A model generated the notes under the pieces. It was not told where the DNA came from. It was given only the letters and a program-made list of their open reading frames with translations, and searched no databases. Position numbers and translations under genes: made by a program. A DNA stretch of 63,735 bases, filler included, from Reticulomyxa filosa (taxonomy: Eukaryota > Protista > Foraminifera), in NCBI GenBank assembly GCA_000512085.1. It is 15 parts of 15 records of this genome, joined end to end, with 100 filler letters (N's around TTAATTAATTAA, not from the genome) between each part and the next. Parts side by side here need not be neighbours in the genome. Positions count along the whole stretch, not along the records: positions 1 to 15,811 come from ASPP01020131.1; 14 more parts are not named here. One strand, written 5' to 3'. Positions 1-11,800 of this stretch are shown here, piece by piece. The first letter of the stretch is position 1; each line of letters begins with the position of its first letter.

Positions 1-1
1 A

Positions 2-26
2 AATGAGAATGATGATGGTAATAGTA

Positions 27-80
<54 letters not shown>

Positions 81-190
81 GTAATGATAATGATACTGAT
101 ATTGTTGATAGTGGTAATAATCATAATCATGATCATAATGCTAATGCTAATGCTAATCATAATGATAATAATAATAATAATTATAACTAC
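2..190 (+). repeat. (AAT)n-rich microsatellite, encoding a poly-Asn tract in the importin-alpha frame
   Basis: AAT/GAT/AGT/CAT triplets, open and in frame with the ATG at 206. Confidence 0.85.
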
Positions 191-1210
191 AATCCACATA
201 CCAAAATGACCACTTCTGACAGAATTGACCTGATCCAACAAAGTGGAGCCTTGCCCAGGCTCGTTGATCTGCTGGGACATCCCTCCGTACGTGTCCAACA
301 TCCAGCTCTGCGTTGCATTGGAAACATGGTCACAGGCAACGCCGAACAAACACAAGTTCTTTTCTTTTTCCTTTGCTTTTTTTTTTTTGTGAACACAAAA
401 ATAAATAAATAAAATAAATAATAAATAAAAGCAAGTCTTAAATTGTGGCATGCTGAAAAAACTGGGTCCATTACTGGAATCGCCACATGCGACCATTCGG
501 AAGGAGGCTTGCTGGGCAGTGTCGAATGTGACAGGGACGAATGAAGAGCAAGTGCAACAAGTGATCGATGCAAACTTACTGCCTTCGCTGATCCATTTGC
601 TCACGTCAAATGACTCCGCGGTGCGACAAGAAGCCGCCTGGGCGCTAGCCAACATCACCAGCAGGGGGACTCCAGAACAAATCCACTTGCTTGTTGACCG
701 AGGTGCTGTCAAAGGCCTGATCAACGTATTGAGGCAAGCCACCGACGCACGCAATACCATGGCCATGCTGGAAGCCATTCAAAACATTTGTGAATTGGGA
801 AAGGCAATCAAAGATATCCATGGCGGGGTTAATTTGTACTCTGAATTCGTCGAAGAAGCAAAAGGCCTTCGTCTCGTATGTTTTTTTTGTTTTATTTTTT
901 TCGATGACTCAGGACAAAACATGTTTGTATACATATATATATGTGTATATGCAAGTTGGAAGAAATGCAAGCACAAGAGTTGAATTCGAAAATTCATGAT
1001 AAAGTCGAAGAGTTGCTATACAGATATTTTGAAGATGACAAATTAGCTCAATTGCACAACGACAATGACAATGATGACAATAGTAACAATGCAAATGGTA
1101 ATGACAATGACAATGAAATGGATGAAGAGGTTGATCTCACTGGCGATTTGATCACTGTCCATGCTCGAACAAATCAAGGGGACACAACCAACGACACTTA
1201 CAAATTTTGA
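2..1210 (+). CDS. KPNA: Importin-alpha (karyopherin alpha), 5'-partial; exons about 2-355, 432-875, 956-1210
   Basis: ARM-repeat motifs ALPRLVDLL..PALRCIGNMVTGNAEQTQ, KEACWAVSNV, QEAAWALANIT, and a C-terminus EFVEEAKG..LEEMQ..IHDKVEELLYRYF. GT-AG introns at 356-431 and 876-955 keep the frame. Confidence 0.93.
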
Positions 1211-1745
1211 ATTTTTCGGGGACATTGACACAAAAACAAAAAAAGAATGGAAAAGAGATCAATTTGATTACTCATATCATTTGGCATTTTATTTATATAA
1301 TTTTTTGGGTTTTTTTATGTTGTTGTTATCGTCGTTCAATGTGACAAGAATAATGATAAATGTGAGACGTGCTTGCTGTGTGCTGATTTTTCTTTTTCAG
1401 TCCTAGCAGTTTCAAAATCCCAATACATTGAGAGAGAAAAAAAACACATAGGAAGGGAAAAAGAAAAACATTTGTTGAAATTTATAGTTTGTTTGTCTTT
1501 TTCCTCTGTTTTTAAGTTGTTTTATTCTTTCACCGCTTTGAGACAACTCTTGGAGCAAAAGTTGATATTGTGCTACTATCACTTTTTTCAATCAAATCAA
1601 ATAATTCTTTGTTATTTTTTTGTTGTCCATAAGTGAAATTGAATTAAAATTTAAATAATGTAGGAAATTGCTACTCGAGAAAAAGTGCTTATTTTTTAAA
1701 TCGTATTGAATAGTTTGCTGTTCTCTATTTTGATTATCCCAAAAA

Positions 1746-4540
1746 ATGACTTTCAAAGAGAAAATACCTCTCTCTTATCAAACTAAACATTTGCTGGATT
1801 ACTGTTCTCTACTATAGTTTTTGAAAAGGGTTGTGCTGAAGGATAAAAAAAAAATTATTATTTGAGAAAATTAGGTGGCTTTGTGGACGATACTTGTGAC
1901 TATGGAAAAAACTCAAAGTTTGACCTTTAATGAAAAGCTAGCACTTGTATTATGCGAGCATTTTACACCAACAAGCTGGCATCGGATTCGGCTGTCTTGT
2001 TTCAAAGAAGCGTGGCAAAGTGTTTTTTGGGGCCAAACCTATTGTATCGACACACTGAAGGAGGTTCCATTTTTGTCATATGATGTTAGTAGCAGCCACG
2101 CACAACTTTTGCTTAAAAGCCTAAAAAAAAAGACAATATAAAAGTTTTGAATTCAGGATCGAAGCAAAAACATTAAACATAACAATAGGACAGCAACGAT
2201 ATTCTGTGCGCGGCATTAGACGTTAAGCAGAGGGTGGGATTGAGGATACATAAGAGCGAGTGTGTTGTTTTTTTTTTTTAAGCAAACTGACAAACACAAA
2301 TGACTTATTCACAGAAGAGGGATTTCTGTATTACCTCAAATTGTAAGAACTGTCAAGGATTGCACTTGTCTTGGGAAAAATATGCAGTTTTGGAGCATAT
2401 GCCATATATGCATATACATAGTTTTTTTATTTGTGTACTCTTGGCACATGAGCGTCCATTATTGCTTCCATTGATCAAAAAGTTAACATACACATAAACA
2501 CATTACAATATACTAACAGCATTTATTTCCAATGTGGGTATGTTTTATTCACTTCTCCCTTTTTTTTTTTTTTTAACCCCTTTTTTTTTTTGTTTGTTTA
2601 TAAGGAAAAATTTTTAAAAAATAAAAAACGAAATGGGATCGTAGGATATAACAGATCGCGTTTTAAATGTATTGGTTCGCGACTGGCTGGAAAATGGCAA
2701 GCAAAGTCGTGCTCTTTGCTATGCCGCCATTTGTGACAAAATGCATCACATGTTCCACCAAGACAACAAATGGGGTCGCCCTCTTCCTGAGTACAGAATC
2801 GCGCATATCCCCCATGTCCAAGTTGTCCGTGACAATGCCACACAGAAACGCTGCTATCTTTTGAAACCGGCCTTTTTGCAAAACTTATCAGTTTCTTTCC
2901 TTCTTTTTTTTTTTTAAAAGGGTTGTAACTAAATATTTTTTGCACCCAAAAAAAAAAAAAGAATTATGTATGCTGGTTCGAAGTCACCAGTCACACATGC
3001 CAGAAGTTTCATTGCTATTTGGGCAGTTGGATGGATTATCTACACTTCAAGCAAGCAGTTGACTCTTGTTTGTGTGTTTGTTTGTTTTGCTTACGCATGA
3101 TATTTGAATATGTTTTTGTTTTTATCTTTTTTTTTAAATAAATATCATTTACAAACAATAACATGCACAACATTCCAATGTAAAATTGGCACAATGTACA
3201 AAAGAACGAAACGGACTTAAATGGACTAACGCCTTACGTTCTCAATGTCACCAATGCAATCGTTCCTAGTGACGAATGCTGGAAGTTTTGGAAGAGTATA
3301 AAGCGGAAACACAGTTTAAACAAGTTTTTTTAAAAAAAAAGAAAAAAAGGAGAATATAAAATTTTTTTTTTCTGGACAGCCCCTTGTTACATGCATCAAT
3401 GCTATACTATATATATATGTACATACATATAGGAAGGCTTGGTTTGTTTTGTATGAATCTGTTGGATGGGGTGGGGAAACAGATATTCCCGTGGTGGACA
3501 TATTTTCGATGAATGTGTTTAAAGTTGGCCGGGTGTCGCTCCCGAACGTGCCATCACATTCGATTGGCACTTGGCACAATATTTTTAATCTGTGCAATTA
3601 CTCGTATTGTGGCAATCGCATTGTCACGTGTAGACTGATTACGTGTTCAGAGGGAGTTTTGTTTGTTTTTTTTTGTTTTTTTTTTTTGCAAATTTTGTTT
3701 TGTTTTTTTTTTTTTGTGTGTGGGTATGTATGTCTGTGTGTATGTTTGTGGTGGACCACACATGGTTGTGTAGGAAAGATAGGAGGTTAGAAATGGAACG
3801 ATGTGGGTGATAAACTACAGATGAAAATATCAATAAAGTCGCTTCCCTACAATATGAGCGAAAAAAAGCTGAAGCAGTGGATAGTGCAACAGGGGAACAT
3901 AACGGAAAAGAAAATTGTCGATGCGCTACATGTCGAAATACAAACGTTTGTTCGCAATCAATCCAAAACCAATTCTTATGAACACGATCGGTATGACATT
4001 AGCTTGCAGCTCTTTTTTCTCTCCAAAAAAGATCTGAAATGCGCTATCCGAAAACTGCAAGAGTTACAGACCAACAAAAATCTCCCGCTCCCCTTTCTTC
4101 ACATGCAGCTTAGTCTTGCTATGCTTCCATCCAAAACTCATGTTAATTTTCACTTGCTTTTACTGTTGCCTTTTCTTCGTTCCTTTCTTTTGCGTGACAT
4201 ATATTACTCTTTTAATAGCTCTTCAAGCCATTCAACCAAGTCAAGTTTTTTAACTTGTACAGCAAACTACGTCATGAGTTTCATTGCTCGGAGAAACCGG
4301 GTCACAAAGATATCCTATCTCAGTTAACAAAAATGGAGGAAAATGAAGGATAGAGTGCAAGATACAAGATCCAATATTTTTGTTTTTTTCTTTTCTTTTC
4401 CTTCTTTCCTCTCTTCCTCTTCTCACAGGAAGGATTCATCGCAGCGCCACAAAAAAAAAGATTGAGCAGTGGAGATAAGAAAAAATCAAAAAAAGATGAA
4501 CCAGAAAGCAAAGAAAATGAAGACAATCCCAATCACTTAA
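1746..4540 (+). CDS. Hypothetical multi-exon protein with a possible C-terminal RRM-like domain
   Basis: Coding-like blocks (1875-2110, 2640-2890, 2960-3060, 3433-3655, 3791-4100) separated by poly-T/A introns. KISIKSLPYNMSEKKLKQWI resembles RRM RNP2 plus helix A. Boundaries are uncertain. Confidence 0.4.
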
Positions 4541-5601
4541 ATGAGTTTTGATTTTATTTTTTCTTCTCTCTCTACCTCTCTGCTTCTCTCAATGTTGGAA
4601 GATATCATATCCAATGGTATTAAACATACAAAAAGCAAAACACGGGAACTTTCAAAACTTCGAGCCAACCATGATGTCCATGACAAATTACCATTTCAAT
4701 TATTCTGCAAACAAAGTGGTCTCCCACTTTCCTTGGAGCTTCACAATTCCAAACGGCCATGCCTCTCGGACCAATCTTTAACAGATATTTATGATTAGCC
4801 AAAGAGACTCACATTCATTGAGAGTTGATTTCTTCCTAATTTTTTATTTTTTAAATGGTGTAACAAAATCAAGACAAACCAGAGAACTAACTATGCTCTT
4901 CTAATATAGAAAATGTATCAAGGCACTTGTTTATAAAATCAGTAGAGAACCGAATCATCAAGCGAAAAAACATTATTGTTGACGTTACATCTTATTTTAT
5001 TGTCCTTCTGTTTCAAAGAATTTAGTTTATTATGGACATGAACGATAGCATGTTGGATAGATTGATATGTGTGTTTGGGCTTCTGTTTTTAAGGCATCTT
5101 AACGCTTTTTTTTTTTCTAGGTGCATAAAAAAATTCCATTGAACAACCTGTGAAAAAATTCTCTTCTTCTGCACAACTGGCCGAATATTTGGTAGTTTAC
5201 CTCCACTCCTCCGTGTTAACCGAATGACTGCGCATTTTTTCCTAGGCCACACATTTCATTTTATTAAGTTTTTTAAGGTTGTACGGGTGGGTGGAGAACT
5301 CTACAAATTGGAAATCAATTCTAACAAAAAAATTTCAAAAACTTTGTACAATCAACAAGCAAAAAGAAAAAGCAGGAAAATTGAGATTGCCTTTTATTCT
5401 CTCACCAGTGTTGTGTTTTGGCTTCCAAACAATCGTAAGTCAAAAAGAGTGATTAAATTACGGCAAAAAATATGTCAACCTATTTCAATCATATCCAGAG
5501 GAGGAAAGAAAAGAAACGAAAACAAAAAGGATTATCACTCCAGACTAAGCAAGTGTATCAAAAATGAATATGAAATGAAATGGATTTGTTTCTGAAGTTC
5601 A

Positions 5602-8186
5602 CTAATCAAAGGAACATATCAAAGTTGCTTTATCTAGACCAAGTTCTTTTAATGTCTTTTTTTTCTGATCATTGAGTTGCAAGCGTGGCATTGCTTGTGC
5701 CAAACTTATATGCTCTTTGCTACAGGTCAGTTCAACAAATCGATAAATTTGCTGTGAAAAGAGAAATGAAAAAAAAAAGCAAATAATGCCAAATAAACAA
5801 TAAGCAAAGAAGCAAAAAGTAGAACATATAAGATATTTCACTAACCTCGACTAACGCCGATTTTTTAAATCTGCGTTGGAGAACTCCACCATCGGGCAAG
5901 CGAACACGCAACACTGTAGAATCTGGGTCCGATTCTATATAAAAATTGTTATGAAAAGTCCATTTACGTATAGTCGCGTCATCATGGCCACCCTTTGACT
6001 TTTAAACAATCTCAATAAATTACAATCAATTTGACAAAAATGAAGCATTAACGTGAAGGCTCTGGATCTAAACGAACAGGTGTATCCTGTTGAACAAAAA
6101 AATACAACCAACTCAATTACTCTTTGTTCAAACGAATTGCACAAAGGAGTGTTAGAAAGAGATGTGAGGAAATGTCTTTTCGTTTCTGCTTTGTAGCAGT
6201 ATTTTGTCTTTTCTTTCAATTCATTGATTCATTTTTTTGTGTGTTTTTTTTGATAATAATGAAACTTTGTCTTTGATCTCGACATCAGTGGATTTTCGAT
6301 CATCATTGTTTGTTTTGCTGTTCTTATTGTCGTTAGAAGGTGCATTATCTGTCAATGATTCCAGCAATGCTTTGTTTAGTTCTTCATCTTCACCACCCAG
6401 CTGTATCAACAATGCACGACAAAAATATCAGGGTGTAATGTGTGGTCAATAGTTTCGAAAAGTTGAACACATACAACTTTAAAAAAACAAAAAACAAAAC
6501 AGCAGGCATTTGTGGGGAAGGAGTGGCTTTAATGCGCGGCTGATATCCAGATTTCTTTTTTGCAGAAGGATTTGGAGCATTTTCAATCCACTCAATTAAT
6601 TTGTCGCGGATCGCAGAAGCTTGAGCAGGGAATTTGTCAGCTGATGGTACAGGCAAAATGTTTTCCTGTCGTCCAGTGTGCGGATCGATGACACTGACAT
6701 GAGGAAATTCGGTGATTTTATAATATGAGCACATTTGTCGCCCAGCGTCGGTTGACCTTTCATGCTGTCATTTTTAAAAAACAGTTACAGCGTTGAGTTC
6801 GAGCAAGTTTACTTATATATACACATGCATATATTCTTATATATATATATATATATTATATACATTCACAACTCACAAACTCACAATTCACACTGGTCAT
6901 ATATATGCACCACCATAGGTACCCCGACACAAACCTGATAAAACAAAAAAGAAGATTTTATAAAATCAGAGGTTGTGGAATCTTTCCAAACGTCTCTGTT
7001 CAATGTATGCGATGCAAACTCGTCTTTGGATTGGACATTTAGCAAGATCCATTTGTTTTGTTTTTGTCCTTCCGCTTTCGCCTTTATACGTCATTTACAG
7101 TTTGATCAACAAACAAAGACAAAGAGATTCCTCCTTTTTTTTAAAAAAAGGTTAATTTTTTTTTTTAATTCTTTCACTAACTTGATCCCATGAACCTTCA
7201 TACTTGTACTCAGGGTCCCCAAACAAATCGGCCAAATGGTCAGACTTTTTTGTTTTCGGGCCTTTGTTCCATTCTTTGCCGATATTTCTTTTGTTTTGAT
7301 TTTTATTTGTTTGTATTGTTTTTGTTGACATCGTTTTGTCAAAATTTAAAAGTTAGTTGCACAACTCAAAAACAAGCAATTGTTATGTGGCTGCATTTCC
7401 AACGTCATAACAAAACCCAACAAATTGACCTCAACTTTGATGATGCTGGGGCATATCCAGGCCCAGTGAAAGCACTGTAATTGGCTGTATTAATTTTTTA
7501 AAATATTTTTTATTTACTTGATTTTTTTTATTATTAATGTGATCATTTTTTTTTTTTTTGGAATGAACTTTTTTTATGTTGAGCGCATCTCAAAAAAAAA
7601 AAAAAAAAAGGGGTTGTTTGTATATATTCTACATAACAAGGCAACAGTTGCTCCGTATAGGCACGATCAGCGGAACGGATTTCACCATCACCAAAGGAAT
7701 CCAACGCACTTCCATCGTCGATGTATTCTCTCTGTCCTGCACCGCTGGTTCCTCCAATTGCTCCCAACAAGGCAGGAATACCACTAACTCCCTCGCTTTT
7801 CCAATATTTGCATTCATTACATAACACACGCACAACAACAGTCCCCCGCCCTCCTTTCCAAGTGAAGAAGCAATTTTTTAAATCCCTCTCTTCTCATCTT
7901 TCTAAAATGCAAGTAGTCGGTTTTTTTTTTGTAACCTAAATGCCCGTGCGGAATTGGAAGGTAGAGTAGGGGCGTCATAACTGGAAACCCGGTTGATAGA
8001 CTGCAATTGAGAGATATCACCACCGGAAGACAGCCATCTGTCTACTGCAGTGTCTAAGTTCCACTCACACAGTTTTAAATATTCCTTGGCTGTATCAACG
8101 TCATCCGTGCCGGCAAGAGTTAAGAAGTTCATCAGTTTTTCCATTTGAGATTCACTCAAATCTGTCGAAGTATTTGTCGAAGTCAT
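5602..8186 (-). CDS. UBXN7: UBX domain protein 7 / Ubx5-like p97 adaptor (UBA-UAS-UIM-UBX), multi-exon
   Basis: UBA-like N-terminus (NFLTLAG..AKEYLKLCEWNLDTAVDRW), UAS domain (FASHTLNRDVW; YYKITEFPHVSVIDPHTG), UIM (EDEELNKALLESL) and UBX (LRVRLPDGGVLQRRF..LKELGL). Confidence 0.92.
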
Positions 8187-8809
8187 ATTTGCACTTGTTC
8201 GACTTATTCCGCCACAAAAAAATGCAACCGTTTTTTCCCTTCCCCCTTCTTCAAAGAACAGCCTCTGTACGGTTGTTCAAGTCCAGTGTGTAAGCGAACT
8301 GATTAGCTACTTCGCCATATAGTTGTAAATTTAATAAGTTATTTGTCTTTCACATGTTGAGTAAATTTAGAGATATCGGAGAAAAGAAGTATTTCAACAA
8401 GCAAAATAATTATATGCGGGGAAATTATAAATTGAATCAATTTTGCAATAATTACACTTTAATACAACAATCCATACGGAGGTTTTGCGTAATTCAATTA
8501 CCACAATCCTATTTATTTATATTATGGTAAATTGAAGATACGTATATCAATTTGCTATAAATACGAAATAACGAGGTCTTGTATGATTCAATTTTTTTCT
8601 ATCAACATATTTGAGTGATGGCACTGTCTATCAATTGAGTCATGATGTGATATTTATTGCCTAAGAAAAAATTATTCATAAACAAAAGTTTGACATTGGC
8701 AATGAAACAAAATAATTCGAAATATTAATGAGTTGACTAATTATACAACTCTTGCAGTATATATTTCACACAAAAGGATTAAACAATATTAAAAGGTTAT
8801 CTTTTCTTT

Positions 8810-11800
8810 TTAGAAAGGCAGCCTTGCCCAAAATTTAATAACCTGTTTTGGTTTTACTAGTTTTTTATCATGTTTTTTCGATTCTTCATATGCACATTTA
8901 TATGCAGTAGCACAATGTTTCCATGTGAACAAATAGTGTGGAAACTGTTTTAATTGTATATCAGGAAGATATTTTTTCAATAAATGACTAAATTGTAAGC
9001 CTTCGTTTCCTGATGTGTTTCGTTTAGTTTGTCCTTGTTCATAAGCTATTTTACGCCACACGTTTAATATGCTCTTTGTGGTACCCAATGATGTCCTATT
9101 AACAAATTCTTTGACCTCTGTTTCAATTTCATTGGTCAAAGGTTGTTGATATATGTCAAGAACAAATGAAGCAATTGAATTTTCATCCAACTGCTCCGAT
9201 TGAACTGAAGTTTTTAATTGTTTCCACAATGCTCCAATATGTTTGACAAAGAGTTTACTGGTTTTATGGTTGGCATCATTTAATTTATCAAATATAATCC
9301 AATCTTTTTTTTCAAATTTCAAGTCTTTAAACAACTCTGTCAATTCTTTATCTATATTAACTTCGTCGATATTTCGAAATAAGTGAACAATAGCATCATT
9401 TACCATTTCCAATGCTCTCTGCTTTTGCAAAGGATACAAAGTGGAAAAACGTAAGCTGTTCCAAAATGATTGAAATTGAGCATCTTTGAGAGCTTCATAT
9501 TTGTTTTCAATGGCTGTAATGCAATTGGGAATGTCAAATTCATTGCGATATTCAAATAAAGGGATAATAAAAGTGATTTGTTGACGACCATGAACAAAAG
9601 TGTGATAGATATCACTTTCAATAGCAGCTAAGTTGAAATATTTGGATATATCAGATTGACCATAATCCAATACTGGAGTACTTCGTCGTTGAATGATTGC
9701 ATTTAACGTTTCTGGATTAAAACATAAAATATCGCGATCTGTGATATCAAACACGCTTTTCCAATTGCGTTGCTCATTATTATTTGAATTTTGTTCTTCT
9801 TTCTTTTCTTCAATAATCTGAATATGTGGATGTTTAGATTGCGCAAACTCTTTCAAAAATTCATTTTGTTGATGTTCCAAATGTCGAATTATTTGATAAA
9901 TACTGAATTGTGAATCATTTACATTGGAATTGGTGATGCATACTTGATCAATAGGTAGATCTTTAAAATCGCGTTGAAATTGTGGACAATTCGATCCAAA
10001 ATAATTCCAATATTTCACAAAATAATTCTTTGAACATTCATACAAATGTTTGAGCATTTGATCTTCTTGAATTTTATGCAATTCATCTGGCATCAATTGT
10101 CGAGAGTATTTGTTGTGAACATATTGGATCAAGCGTACAATATTTGGTAGATATTGCAGATACCAGATACACTCATCCCAATTCGATAGTTGAGCAGTGA
10201 GTGAATAACTATTAGCCAGAGATGGATTTGCAGTAAACACATGGAATAAATCTCTCCATGACAAAGGCTCAACTTTTAAAAATAATTGTGGGAGATGCTC
10301 TATCTTATAACACTTATCTAATTCTTTGATTTCCTCAATTTCACTCATCAATTCTAACCACTTTTTCTTCTTGTCATCATCTGATATAATTTCACTCTTG
10401 TTCCGGAGTTTAATGAACTCGGCTTTGCAATTAAAAAATGTTGAATACTCTTTGTCCAACTTTTCTTCAAATTCACAAATTACTTGCAAATCATTGTTTG
10501 GCAATCCTTTAGGATACCATTCTTTAAATTTTTCAAAAAAGTTTTTAATCCATAGATGAATGGCAATGCATAGCAGCTCTTCACTCAATTTTGTCAGTAC
10601 TTTTAATTTTTCAAAAAGAATCTTAATCTTTCTCCATAAATACTTAGATGAATTCTCTTGATTAGTTTGTCCTATCAATTGCTGAATTTTCTTAGTATCT
10701 TGTGGGATACTTTCATTTCGTAAAAATAATAACAAATGGTGCAACAATTGCAACAATGTGGGTATTAAAGGTTTCAATTTACTCGATTTGCATTGAAGAG
10801 ATGTCATATATCTCTTAAAATAACAGAGCCAGCTCTCTTTCATATCTATTTCTGTTGTATCATTTTGTTGGATTGGCTGTTTGAGAATTGTCTTGACAAT
10901 GGAAGCTCCACGACCATTCATTTGACATTTCACTTGTTTCAGAAGGTCGTCTGACTCGTCGATTGAAAGTGCATTATTGTTCAAACAACCATGCACTATT
11001 AAAGGCTCATTCGAGGTAGTTGATGTAGGCAAACATGATTCGGAGTCGGCCAATAGCAATTGAAATGGATTGCTTTTCATAAATGGAAGAATGGACAGAA
11101 AATGGAAACCTAATGTTGCCACAATTATATCAACTGTATCTCTGATAGGTAATTCACTTTTGAAATCGCTCCAATAAGTGAAGACTTGCCAAAAGATTTT
11201 TTGTTTTGTGATTCCCAATAAGTCATGACGTAGAATATATTTATGCAATCCTGTCATTTTTTTTTAACTAGCAAAATTGCAAAGAAAAATACATAAATTT
11301 AAGAGAGAAAAAAGACTCAAAAGCTAAAACACAAAGAAATTGACTTTGTATTTGATCGGTGGCGTTGTAGTTATCATGGAAACGGATTAATATTAGTGAT
11401 TCTGCAAGCATTTGGGGAGAAAAGAGCGTATCCAATGAGTGATTGTCTAACATATCTGCAAACTTATCATTCATAATTTCCAGTATATATTCCATAAAAG
11501 CACTATCTCCATACACTCCGATGAAAGGATTGAACGAAATATTACGCAATGTCCTTTTACACAATGAATTAAATATAGTACTTGTCTTTAATTCCTTCAA
11601 AAAAGGAAATTGTGTTCCAGCACTTGGGTGAGCGAATATGATTTCAATCCAATGCATTCCTTTCCTTGCGTACAGTTGTTTCAAAAACCATACATATAAA
11701 GCATGTTCATACTGTTTATAGAAACTACTGAAATTTGACAATGATTCACTTATATTTTCCAATAATCTGAATATACTTTGATTTTCTTTGAGTTGTGAGA

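Noticed and set aside
3-209. 68-aa Ile/Met-rich hydrophobic ORF
   Set aside because: Out-of-frame reading of the AAT repeat. The Asn frame is continuous with importin-alpha.
11258-11335. Stop codon between the two large RNF213-like ORFs as a sign of a split gene or alternative genetic code
   Set aside because: The TAG is better explained as an intron acceptor next to an A-homopolymer with a probable length error. Other genes end with standard stops.
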